This document shows positions 11,079-22,829 of a DNA stretch of 64,000 nt, piece after piece (the first letter of the stretch is position 1; the number at the start of each line of letters is the position of its first letter). The notes under the pieces are model-generated. The model was not told the DNA's origin, did no database searches, and saw only the letters and a program-made list of their open reading frames with translations. The translations under genes and the position numbers were made by a program. The DNA is from Paramoeba atlantica (lineage: Eukaryota > Protista > Discosea). Where the stretch lies: positions 248,001 to 312,000 of the forward strand of contig CDRNVI010000011.1 of assembly GCA_977017575.1 (NCBI GenBank), written 5' to 3'.

Positions 11079-11559
11079 CTCACAGCCTGTGAGATGCCTT
11101 GGATTTGTACAAGTTTTACTCCCATTCCTCAGTTATAAATAATGTATTATTGAGGGAGATACTATCTGGCTACCCAGTATTAATAAAATTTGACCCGAAA
11201 TTTGGCCCGAAAAAAATTTTCCCGGAAAAGATTTTTTTCGCAAAATACCAAAGGCAGCACCATAAACAGATAGTTTTAGGAAAGAAAAGCGCACCTTTTG
11301 GACGACTCGAGACCCCCTTCTTCGGAAGCGATTGGCAAACTCCAATTCCCCACGTATTCGTTTTTCAACTTGAAGGGGTACGCAAGACCATAGAGGAAGG
11401 AGGAAGCGCAAGGCAAAAAGCAGAAGGCGGAGCCTTCTGCCTTTTGGCCGCAGAGACGACGACTTCCTCGCGCGGGAAGCTGTAAGGAGTCTTAGGGAAC
11501 ATGTTTTTACTATGTAACCTATGGTAGTGGACGAACCTAGTGTAGAGTAGGTAGTGGAA

Positions 11560-11733
11560 CCTAAGTGGACGAGGGTGATACCAATAGTGTGGGTGCGGCA
11601 GTTTCCACAGGAAAAACGGTATCTCCCTTATGGCATGAAGAAAAGCGCCTAAAAAGGTAGAGATGCCGTTTGTCCTGTGGAAACTGCCGCACACACACTA
11701 TTGGTATCTCCCTCGTCCACTTTACCCTAGGTA
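11560..11733. mobile_element. fold-back MITE (AAGTGGACGAGG family)
   Basis: ~65-bp inverted arms; terminal motif shared with 60956-61132 and a related end at ~58945. Confidence 0.7.
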
Positions 11734-11812
11734 CATTATACTGTACTAGTAATCTACATAATAAATTCATAATAATACATGTGTGTAAATACCTTCGCAC
11801 TAATCATTGGGA

Positions 11813-11919
11813 TTTTTAGGCTCTTCGTTAAACGCGGTGGTTGTTTTCAACATAGAAGTCACTCATGATACGCGCTTCGCGTTGAAAACTACCTCCGCGT
11901 TTAACGAAGAGCCTAAAAA
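11813..11919. repeat. hairpin at the start of a ~210-bp repeat also present at 4365-4580
   Basis: AGGCTCTTCGTTAAACGCGG...CCGCGTTTAACGAAGAGCCT inverted arms; downstream sequence aligns to 4446-4580. Confidence 0.7.
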
Positions 11920-12645
11920 AGGAAAATCGCCAAAAGATCAGGAGTAATCTATTTTCCTGGGTAAAAAAGCTCGATTTTTCGGCGAACATTGCGAAATTTT
12001 AACCCGAATTTGGACCGTTTTTGATGCCTTACCAGTACGGGCCGGAGGCGAATCTGTCAAAAAACGTCGTTGAATGGATGTATCCCCCTGGACCCCCGTG
12101 GACCACCAATTTATTTGAATTTTTTTTTTCAGTTTTGGACTACCGGAGCTCCTTTTATATTTTTTTCTTCTATTGTATTACTGCGTTTCTCTTTATATTT
12201 TCACTGTTTTTGTTGACTTTTTTTTCAATAATCGAGGGTAGAGCGGTAGTTATACAACCACCGCAATAAGCAACGCTCATATTGGACTGCGAGTTCACTT
12301 TTATGAACTCTTCTCTTGGCAAATGATATTAATACTATTTTTGCGAGACCTACGACAAAAATTCAATGTTTTTCACAAACTCTCCAGCTTTCCCAGTGTT
12401 TTAAGCCGTTTTGAGTGCCTTACCAGTATCGGTTGGCTGGGTATCTCATCGAAAAGGCTCAATTTCGGGAGCAGCAAGTGGAACACGGGAGCAGCAAGAG
12501 GAACTAACCGCTGAATGTTTTTCGGTGTTTCGGGCTTTCTTTCACTTTTTCGTGCCCTTTATCGCAAATGTAAATAATAAGTGTAAAACACACGTAATAT
12601 TTACAAACACAGTTATTCTTTGCATGCTCGTATTATTTACATGTG

Positions 12646-13812
12646 CTGCCCCCCCCTATTTACTATTGAGTGCTCAACCCCCCCTATTTAGTGTTGAATT
12701 TTGGGTTCGGTGCGTATAGGCGCCGCGAAGCGGCGCTTGATTTTTTTTCCATAACGCTTTTTTTCTTATCTTTGCTTGTTATTTGTGATTGTTTACTCTC
12801 CCTCTCATTCATTTTTACAAATAAATTTATAATTTATAGCAAAAATGAAAATTTAAATTTATGTTTATAAAAATCAATGAGAAAGCTTCCCAAGGATACT
12901 GATTTTTACATCGACTTTTTACATCAGTTAAGAAGTTTTAGTTCAGTTCCGGTAAGTAAACATAGAGTAAGTAATGAAAATGCGTCGAGAGAAGCGCTCT
13001 TCCTAACAACAAATTTATCTAAAAAAATTAACTACTGGTGGTAAATAAATTTACGAAGGCTTTTACAAAACAAAGAGGTGATCAGCACTTTCAGGGGAAA
13101 TTCCTCTTCATTTTCTTCTGCTGCATCAAGAACCGGTACCACTGTAAGCAGTTCGCTCGCCCGGCGAATCGCTTCAAGGATGTTTTCTGGCTTATTTAGA
13201 CTTTCCGGCGAAATTCCGACCTTACTCCACGCTTGAACATTGGCATGCCTCTGCCGATTATCATTAAGGTGGGCGTACGTTTTGATAATACTGTCAAGAA
13301 GCTGTGCTTTGCTTATTTTTGCTCCGATCGACCCAGTGTCACCGATTCGCTTTCCCTCAGTGTATTGACTCTGACAGTATTTCAGTAAGGCCATGGTTAG
13401 GTAGTCTAATAGTTTGGTTTCAAACGGTTAAAGAAACCCACATCACAAGGCTGAAGTCTTCATGTGCACTTTGCTGGAATGTATACAATTCGCAACCATG
13501 AAAAAGTGTCTTCGTTGCGCGCGATAAGTACAAAGCGCGTGGTATGTACGGAGCAGCAATCCAAGAGAAGAATCAAGGCAGGTTTTTGTTCAATTTGTAA
13601 AATATGTCCCCCCACAGGGCTTTCATACAAATGCCCCACAGCGTTCATAAAGTTGTATCCCCAACTGAGTGAAAAAAATACTATACTCATGGTTTTGAAA
13701 ACAATACGCCGCGAAGCGGCGCGCTTTTTTTTGAGAGGAGGAGATTTCTTACCCCCCCTATTTAGTGTTGAATTTTTCTGAATTTCACTCAACACTAAAT
13801 AGGGGGGGACAG
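12646..13812 (-). mobile_element. internally deleted pogo element with DDE_1 transposase pseudogene
   Basis: Imperfect TIRs CTGYCCCCCCCTATTTA..TTGAGTG; - strand LLLDCCSVHT...VYIPAKCT*RLQPCDVGFF with in-frame stops. Confidence 0.8.
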
Positions 13813-13971
13813 TAAATAATAACTGTGAGAGGGATTTACTAGCTTAGAATTCTGCAAAGTAGAGAGCTGATTACAACCCGCACTGCTTTGTATCAGAGTA
13901 GAATTTCCTATAACATAACGTAAATATCCTCTCTTATGCGCACTCCTTAGTTTCTTGGTTATTTTTATTCA

Positions 13972-14574
13972 ATGTTCTATTCCCTGTTTGCCTTTCCCAC
14001 AAAGGACGAAAGATGCAGTTCTACACGTTTAGGGCGAGTCCGTGCGTCATTACCTCAGGAATATAAACTGTTGAAGTTCATTGAAAATGTATCCAATCAT
14101 CATGCATCGTGGGAGGCCGGTACCCCAGCCTGCGAATGGGATGGAGTAACCTGTAATCAAGAAGGCAAAGTTATGGGAATTGATTGGGCAGCGCGCAAAT
14201 TAGAAGGTTCACTAGAATGGAAACACTTACCGGATACTCTTCTTAAATTGCGAATGTCATCGAACAAGCTCTCTGGTAGTATCGCGCTAGAAGATCTGCC
14301 ACCCCACCTGGAGTATCTCAGCTTAGGCAGCAATAACTTTACCGGAAGCATTAATCTTCAAGCTATGCCAAGAACAATGAAAAAGCTTCTGTTAGGTAAC
14401 AATGAGCTCTCCGGTTCTGTTAGTTTTTTTAACCTTCCAGAAGACTTATCTTTCCTATATTTAGCGGATAATGCAGGCCTTTGGGGTGATATGGCTCGAA
14501 AAAAACTCTGTGAAAAACTGAAACGTTCAATTTATATAGATCGAACCGATTTAAGAGAGATAAATTCAAAATAA
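13972..14574 (+). CDS. leucine-rich repeat protein with CEWDGVTC N-cap
   Basis: Paralogue of 3122-3832; LxxLxLxxNxxxG repeats. Confidence 0.85.
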   Translation: MFYSLFAFPTKDERCSSTRLGRVRASLPQEYKLLKFIENVSNHHASWEAGTPACEWDGVTCNQEGKVMGIDWAARKLEGSLEWKHLPDTLLKLRMSSNKLSGSIALEDLPPHLEYLSLGSNNFTGSINLQAMPRTMKKLLLGNNELSGSVSFFNLPEDLSFLYLADNAGLWGDMARKKLCEKLKRSIYIDRTDLREINSK

Positions 14575-15428
14575 CCGTCACAAGCCTACTGTAAAGCACC
14601 CAAAACGGCTGGGAAATATCTGGCATTCTTTGTAAATCGGTAAAGACACTACTTTCCACTACGTCTTTTTTTGTATCTTTTTGAAACAGTGTTTCGGAAA
14701 ATCTAATTATATTTCGGAAAAGGCGAATTCTCCTTCACTTCACCCATGTCTTCAACATCCTCAGGATTGTGTACTTATTTTCCGATCAAGGGCTGTAGAA
14801 GTGTTGCTTCCTAATCACGGGCTGCTGAAGGAACCTTCTTGTACTCCGCATGGTCCAAGTATTATGCGGGACGTATCCGGACGATCAAAATGTGCTGTTT
14901 TCATGAATCCCAGCGCGACCCGAGTCGCATGAAACGAGGAAAGCTCGAACAAATAGACTAGACAAACACATTCTAGAGGCCATAGGTGTGCTGATGGGGG
15001 GGGGGTCAAGTGTGTTGGGGGGGACGGCTGGCCACCAAAATCCAAATCATTCCAGATTGCTCCGGACGGTCACTGGCAAGCCAGACCCTTCACAGACAGA
15101 TTTTGAAATTCCGAGGCCGACATCGTCTATCAGTTTCCACTTTTCCAAGGCGGCACCAACGTGATGTTGGTGTGTCTGTACCTTGTTGAAAAAATTACTT
15201 TTCACATAAGCAAATGTATCGGGTTTTCTGCGACGGGGGCCACTGTTTTGGGGAAAGGACATAAACTTTTTACGGTGACAAATACTAAACCGGGGGACGG
15301 AATAATATTAAGATGCGGTTTATTATTAAGTTGCGGTTTATTATTAAGTTAGACAAGTTATTATTAAGCTAGACAGGTTATTATTAAGCTGGACAAGTTA
15401 TTATTAAGTTGTCAAGTTATTATTAAGT

Positions 15429-17718
15429 TTGTGTTTTTCGATGGGAGAAGGAGATTTTTTCGCCGAAAGTTTGACCCTTCATAGATTGGCTCAGGCAGTG
15501 TGTGACCCAACCTACGTTCAGGAAAACGATGAGATTATGTCCCTTGAGGATGATGAAGGGGTAGAAATGCTTGATGACTCGTCGGACGTAATCGGTAGCG
15601 GAAGCGATGGAGAAAGTGAAAGTGCTAGCGAGAGCGAAAGTGAAAGCAATTGTGAAAGCGAATGTGAAAGTGTGAATTCAAGCGAAGAAGAAATAGGATA
15701 TAATGTTGAAAGTGCGAGCGAAAGTAAAATTAAGGGTAATTCAACTTCGGATGATGAAGATAACGGAGCGGAGCTGACTGTTGGAGGGAAAGACAAGAAC
15801 GAGCGCAAAAAACAACATTGCGTAGTATATACGGGGCGTCATATAGACCAGGGTGTGCGCGGTCGAGTGGAATCCACGGCTAGACAAAAGCGTGTAATAT
15901 ATGAGGTGGCGGAGTGGCAAGAACTCAAAGTTTGAAGCACATGGTGCTCAGACGGCGAGTTCAAACCCACTCATCGCAATATTCCTGGCGGCCTCACTCT
16001 AAGAGGCTGGGCTGAGAACCGACTAGGCCCAGTACTCGGAGGACCGTCCCGGACCCTCCCCTCAGGGAACCAGCTCCCTTACCCGGCTTACACCTCTTGG
16101 GTAAGCCGTGTTGACGTACAATTCGTCGACGCAGCGTGTTGGCAACAGCACGTTGGTGCCGCCTTGGACAAGCGGAAACTGGTAGAGAACGTCGGCCTCG
16201 GAACTTCCAAATCTGTCTGTGAAGGGTCTGGCTTGCCAGCGACCGTCTGGAGCAACCCGGAATGATTTGGATTTGGATGATTTGGACGGCTAGACAAAAG
16301 CGTGTAATATATCAGAAGTGGATTTCCTGGTCGCAACAAGATCGAGATGCTTATGGACCACTCCGCAAGTTAAACTCTTGGATCGACAAGCGATTCCCTA
16401 AGAAATGTGTCCACATTTTTAACAAAAAGCAAGTTATGGCATACTCTAATATTCCTAGGCATAGTCAAAAGCGTAAAAGGCATGTAAAGGGGCATAAACT
16501 GAAATGGTTAAAACAACAATTGCATTATTTTATTCTTGGATCTCGAGAGAACGATGCTTTGATAACAACCGAGATGGTGCGCCAAGAGGCATTTCGCATG
16601 CTGAAAAAGGAAAACCGCAAATCATCAGAGCAGAACAAAGCACGGGGGATTACAAGAGTAAGCGAACGTAGGATAGGGAGATTCCTCCACTCTTACAAAT
16701 GGTCTATAAGATTAGTAAAGAGATCAACTCAGCTATCAAGTGAAGAGATAAAGCAAAGAATTCATTCCTTTCATACGTTTGCCTATCGTTGTCTTAAAAC
16801 AAAAAAGTTTCGTTCCGTTCTGAATTTTGATGAAATTCCCATATCATTTCGCGGGTCCATGAAATCTTTAAAAACAATTGCACAGCGAGGAGAAGAAGAT
16901 GTACGAGGGCGTTGCAATCCGAATGATATGAAGCGATGCGCAACGCTTATCTGCGGTGCTGGCGTGAAACTGGACAAAAATGGAAGTCCAACGAGTCATT
17001 TCTTTCTAAAACCTTTTATCGTGTGGAAAGGAGCTGGAAAAGGATCTAGTCACGAGATATTTGATGCAAGGACGGCTCGAGCTTTTACTCCGAAAGGTGT
17101 CGTGAACAAAGATTTTTTTCTCCAAGACTTTATTTCCTTTCTCAAACGTGAACTGGATATAAATGACGCAGGCCACACTTTAATTTATCTAGACTCCTGC
17201 CGATCTCACATAACAAGTGACGTTCTCGATGCGTTTGCCACTGTGGCTAACTGCTAATGTGCCATATTACCCCCTGCAACAACATCCTGGATCCAATGGA
17301 TTGATGTATTTTATGCTTCGTGGACAAACGCGAGCAAGTAAACATTTGGCACAGAGAACAACATATCCGTCGGACCGCCCGCCAAAAGAGACAATGGATG
17401 CATAATGCCGTTGCCCGAGCGCACGAACAAGTTATAAACCTCGACAACGACTCTCTTGATGAATCAGGGACCCTTTCCTCTTCTATGAACGTTGTTCAAC
17501 AATTCAAAAGCTTGGGGTATATCGACCCTTGTGATGCATCGTGGTCGCATGTGAAATGTTTAGAAGGATATGTCTTTGTTCCACCAAGCGATGACGATGA
17601 GAGAGACGAAGCTAAGAGAATCGAAGATGCCTTTAAGCGTGGGAAAAGCGTCCAGGCACGAAAATCATTCCAAGGACGGCTCGATAAATGGTGTAACCCA
17701 CGACGCTCCACCGAATAA
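15429..17718 (+). pseudogene. pogo transposase pseudogene with acidic N-terminus
   Basis: ORFs 15429-15935 and 16262-17257 join in frame (TARQKRVIY) once the SINE and one TSD are removed; in-frame TAA at 17255; later frameshift. Confidence 0.85.
15903..16285 (+). mobile_element. full-length tRNA-headed SINE-B
   Basis: A box TGGCGGAGTGG (15907), B box GTTCAAACC (15959), (GATTTG)n tail, 27-bp TSD ACGGCTAGACAAAAGCGTGTAATATAT (15876-15902 / 16286-16312). Confidence 0.9.
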
Positions 17719-19732
17719 AGGTAAAGAAAAGAAAGATTTATGAAGTTTATGAAGTCGGGTAAAGATTCAGATAAAAAAAATATTCTTAAAGATTGCATAC
17801 ATAAAAAAACAATTTGTTAATTTTATTACAAACTTAATAATAACCCGCTGACAAGTTAATATTAAGTTTCACAACGTTGACAGGTTATTATTAAGTTTGA
17901 CAGGTTATTATTAAGTTGTCAAGTTATTATTAAGTTTCAACAACTTAATATTATTCCGTCCCCCGGTTTACAAGCGATCGGGCACTTACGCAAGTTTTTT
18001 GAGAAAAACTTGGTTCGGCGAGATAAAATACCCCATGATGAAGGGATGGCCAATTGACCCGATGGGCGCGAATCGGATCAATATTGAAAAATTACCTTGT
18101 TAAAAATTTACACAACACCATTTTACCCTGCGCCCCCTTCTTCGCTGCCTCTTTTCCCCCCTCCTGCGCTGACTTCGTCGCCCCCCCCTTTCGCCCCCCG
18201 CCCTCCCCGCCCACTGCTCTGCGCGTCCTTCGCCGCCCCGCTCACCACCAGCGCCGCCCTCCTGCCCCCCCTCCTGCGCGTCCTTCGCCGCCCCGCTTAC
18301 CCACCACCAGCGCCGCCCTCCTGGCCCCCCTCCTGCGCTCCTGCCCCCCCTTCACCCCCTGCTTCGCCGCCCCTTTCATCCCCCTTCGCCGCCCTTTTCG
18401 CCGCCCCTTCACCGCCCCCTTCGCCCTCTTCGCCCCCCCTTCTCCGTCCCCTTCTCCGCCCCCTTCTCCGCCCTTCGCCGACCCCCTCGTCGCCCCTTCG
18501 CCGCCCCCTTCGCCGACTTCTCTCACCGCCACTCTCTCCGTCGCGCTCCCCGCCGCGCTCTCCCGCCGCTGCACTCTCCCCCGCCCTTTCGATCTCCACC
18601 GCGCCTCTTTTCGCCGCCCTTCGGCGCCCCTATCTCCCATGTTGTGGAGCTACCCGGTGTCAGCACAACAAGACGTCAAGAAACTAGGGCAGTTTCCACG
18701 CAACAATTTAAGGCAGAGTAGTGGATTAACTTGTTAATCCACGCTGGGGGGTAGCGAACCCCTCCTGCCCTGGAGCTGTTAATTATTGACTTCCTTTCAT
18801 AGGAGGATAAGTCGGGTGTGTGCCCTCTATGGTTGAGATTACTCCTGTGTTGGTACAGATGCTTCGAGCATCAGCATCCGCACAGCGGACCTAGGCTGGA
18901 ACTAGGGGGCCATATCTCTTCGGAGACAAATGGCCCTGTGTATTACTACTACTACTACTCCAAACGTGATGTTACCAACACGTTGCGCTGACGAATAGTA
19001 CTTCAACACGGCTTACCAACCAGCCAACACTGGGAAAATTTCCCAGTTAATGGATTTACAATTTTCTTCTGAACATACACCCTTCCTCCTAACCGCGCGG
19101 GGCTAATTTACAGAAAATTTTTCAAAAACAAACAGACTTTGTATTTTATGGATCCTAATCATTCGATCCCTATGACACCTCAGTACTTAGCTTTCGTTTG
19201 CTGTGTAAGGCACTTACCGATGTGAGCACGACAGCAAACGGGTTAGTTCTCATCTGTATTCTGAATCATGCAGCGATACAAAGAAATTATTGGAACTAAA
19301 TTGCACCTCCTTAAAGTCGTGTTAATCCCAGAAATTAACACGACTTTTGTTGACATAACTTAATTTCCCCCCTGCATTCGATCTCGAACTTAACAATACC
19401 TGCGTTGTTTTCGTAGTCTTATGACGACCTTCTTTGAGTTTTTCACCTGTTGAAACTTTGGTATCTTCCTCTCCTGTATCTTTTAACCTCTTCTTTTGCG
19501 GATGATTCGAACGCGCTTTTACTAGTATATTTGTATTAGGTCGAGCTGTTCGTGGAGGCTCTGGGGCAGAATCTTTGTTTTTCTGCTTTTTCGTATTTAA
19601 CACAGTTGAGGTCATGTTGCGCGTCGAATTCCTAGATCGTTTGACGGTATGTTGATCACTGCTTTCCTGATTATCGTTTTTCTTATACGTATTATCGTTT
19701 AATATCTTATCGTTAATATCTTATCGTTTTTC

Positions 19733-20573
19733 TTATATGTATTTTTGACAGTTTCCGCGTATTTTGGATTTTGCAGACAGCGGTTCCTTGAACGTTTTTT
19801 CAGTTGGCTGAGATTGTTCTGTATTGGTACCTTGTCGCTTACGCTGAGTTTTAGCTAAGCGGGGACCCAGGTTTTGACCCGTCTTTCTTTTCCCTTCCAG
19901 AAACAGCACGTCTCCCAAATACTTAACAGAAAGCTCGTGTTTTGCTAGCTCAAAAGCCTCTTTCGCCATGGAGTCGGCTGTGTCGTTGTATGAATTTTCG
20001 TTATGGGATTTTACTTTTACGCAATAAAAATTTCTGTTGGTCTTAATGTAAAAGTAAGCATCTTTTAGCAATTCCATTGTCTTACCGTCTTCGAAGGATT
20101 GGTAACCTATGAGCCTATACATGTATCTGTGAACAATTTCGTTAAAGAATTCCCATATATTCAAAATTTGTGTGTAAGATGACGTCTCCCTCGTACGATT
20201 GTGCACCTTTTATGGCCTCAATTGCTGCATATGATTCGATCGATTGAATTGAGCTGGAATATTCTAGAGGAGGTTTCATCCCCTTAAACTGTGTGCGCTC
20301 GCTTCCTCTCAGAATTACGATGCCGCATCCCTGGAGTTGTTGATTCTTTTTGTAAATAAGCCACCCGTCAGTGTAAATATGTGTTTCATTCTCTCTGATG
20401 GGAAACGCTGTTTTTCCTTCTTCGATGAATTGTAATTCCTTGTATCCGACCTGACGAGCAATTGACATATGATAGCATTTGCCCCAAGACGGCTGCCGCA
20501 AAGGGACTGAAATCGCCGATCCACGAGTTTGCGCTTTGTCTGGCACCTCGTTTTCGTGAGAATCAGCAGTCAT
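19733..20573 (-). pseudogene. LINE RNase H region, degenerate
   Basis: ETHIYTDG, ESYAAIEAI, YCVKVKSHNENSYNDTAD across frameshifts; a second RNase H relic lies on + at ~21640-22130. Confidence 0.75.
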
Positions 20574-22829
20574 TGAATGGATGAAGGGAACTAAGCATAA
20601 CGTTTCAATGATTTCCGTAAATGAAAATATTAGAAATTTACACCACTTTTACTCAACCTTTTTGGTCAAAAAAATGGTCAGTTTTTTTTCGGACAACTCT
20701 TTTCGTCATTTTTCAAAACGGCACTATAAGTGATGCGGCACTATAAGTTCACCGCGTCACTAAGAGCGGGGGGCCAAAGTATCTTTTGTCGAGTTTACCC
20801 TCGAGTCCTAACAAACTAAGGTAAAACTATGAATAATTCGGGTACTTCTCTACCTCTTTGATTAATCAACAGAGTGGCTGCCACTTCGTCGATGAATAAG
20901 CGAATAGGAAATTAAAAATACGCAATCCTGCGGAAGTGGCAGACATAGGTCCTCAGTGCACGACCCGCGCGCTGGAGCGCGCGAGTCGCCAAAAAATATA
21001 ATTATGTCCCAGGGCTACGCTCACAGTTGGGCCTTGCTCGCAAACGGGGACTTTTACCTCCAGAAGTCCAATCCAATCCAAAAAGGCCGATTTACATTGG
21101 CTGATAAAACTACTATTTTGTTTTTCGTGAAGACACCTTCCTCTTAGGTGAATCTTCCCTCTCATTATCCACCTTTTAGAGAAGCACTCTTGATTGTTCA
21201 TAACTTTTATCTTTTTCAACATTATGAGCATCACTCTCTTCGGACGATTTTACTCCAGTACTAGTGGGAAGTAATGTGCCCCTGTTGTTGACCGGTTCTC
21301 CCCCAGTGTTAGATATCTTGCGTTTGTTTTTGGCAACACGTTGAACATTAGCTTTTGGACGTAATATGCCCTTCTTTTGGGGAGAGTCTACAAGCTCCTC
21401 CGTATTCTTATTTAACGTTTTCTTCCTCCTAATTTATAGGGAAGGAACAGGCTTACCAGAGCAAGTGCTAACGCATCCGCTTTTTCATTGTGGGGATTAC
21501 CATTGTGTGATTTCACCTTACTCGCATAACTTTTTATATTCTTAGCTTGTAGGGAACGAATCTCAAAATCAAGGTCTTTTAATACCTTTTCATTTTGTAC
21601 TTTCTCATCCGGAACTAGACCGCCAACACAAGCTTCCCACTCAGCACCTGCAGTAGAAGCCTATGCGGCAATCGAGGCTCTTAATCAAGCGAATTATTAT
21701 GGCAACGACATCTTCCTACATACTGATTCTGAATACATATGGAATTTTTTCCACAACGTCATGCAAATATATCGTCTCATCGGGTTCTTAGCTTTTGAGG
21801 GAAACGAACTTCTTACACAGCTTCAGAAAACATATTCGAGCATTCGAGTTACTAAAAGGATTTTTTGTGTCAAAGTAAAAGCGCACAACGAAAATCCCTA
21901 CAATGACAGTGCGGATTCCCTGACAATTTAGTAGCACTTCGTCCTGCTAAATGTTTAAGATAGCGTTATAAAACACGAACTACAGAAGAAATTTCGTCGC
22001 AGGAACAAAAAAATAAGCACAACATTGTCCGGCCATCAAAGGACAATGCATCCTCGGGCAAGCGCTCAAGAAACGTACGACCGGAAGAAACGCAGAAAAA
22101 GCAAAAAGATTTACGCAGCGAGGGAAGAAAACCATGCACACTTCAAGACAAGACTGATAAAGCATTGAAGGAAAGATTTCCGCAAATAAAAAGGTCCCAT
22201 TCGTCAAGCGAAATCCATGATAACACCAATCATAAAGTTCTGAAATCAAAATTGGTAACTACACGCAAGTTGTCTACGAATGAAAAAGGTGGATCATCAT
22301 CAAAATGCACGGTGAAAGGGGAAAAGAAAAAAGGGGGAAAGAAGAAAGAAGTCCTACATAAAACGAGAGCTAATGAATCTGAAGAAAGCAGTGATAGGGT
22401 GCCTTAACAAAATATAATTGTATCTGGGCTCACTTATTGGAAAGTGTGGAAATGTTTCGTTGATGCTGTCGTGATTGCTACGGTTTAAAACCGGATATTT
22501 TAGCTGAGTACTAAAGTTCAATACTCACATACAATTGATGAGGAATTATGAAATTTTCAAAATGAGACGTTGTTTGAAAAGTTTCCGTAAAGAAATCGGG
22601 GCCAGAAGCGGAAAGAACTATACTATTTTTGATAAAACTGTAAAACTCTTAACTGAAGGAAACTTCAGTTACGGGTGCATCTATGTAAATATGAGCTTCT
22701 TTATCTTTAATAGGGAATGAGTCGCTACCTTCTTCCAAGAATTGTAAATCACATAAGTTTTCCTTTTCGACGCCACGCTTATAGAGACTTCCATTGTGAT
22801 GTTATAACGCGAGTATTATTCGGCAGTGG

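Larger units (their letters stand above)
15288..17968 (+). mobile_element. pogo (DD36D) transposon, disrupted
   Basis: 25-bp TIR AACCGGGGGACGGAATAATATTAAG with TA TSD; TTATTATTAAGTT subterminal arrays; VLNFDEIP, YLDSCRSH, *CAILPPATTSWIQWID motifs. Confidence 0.9.
15169..18962 (+). mobile_element. SL-headed non-autonomous retroelement, copy 2 (family C; ~1.1 kb without the nested pogo)
   Basis: 11-bp TSD AACGTGATGTT (15158-15168 / 18963-18973); SL 3' end TCTGTACCTTGTTG at 15175-15188; C-rich tract; 3' hairpins including C(UUCG)G; (TAC)n tail. Confidence 0.8.
15035..19017 (-). mobile_element. SINE-B 3' fragment split into 15035-15168 and 18963-19017 by the family-C insertion
   Basis: Both pieces match the reverse complement of SINE-B and join seamlessly at AACGTGATGTT. 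Confidence 0.8.

Noticed and set aside
18054-18737. Pro-rich and Gly-rich ORFs in C-rich tracts (also 495-998)
   Set aside because: They are open in several frames on both strands because of low complexity; no domain signal.
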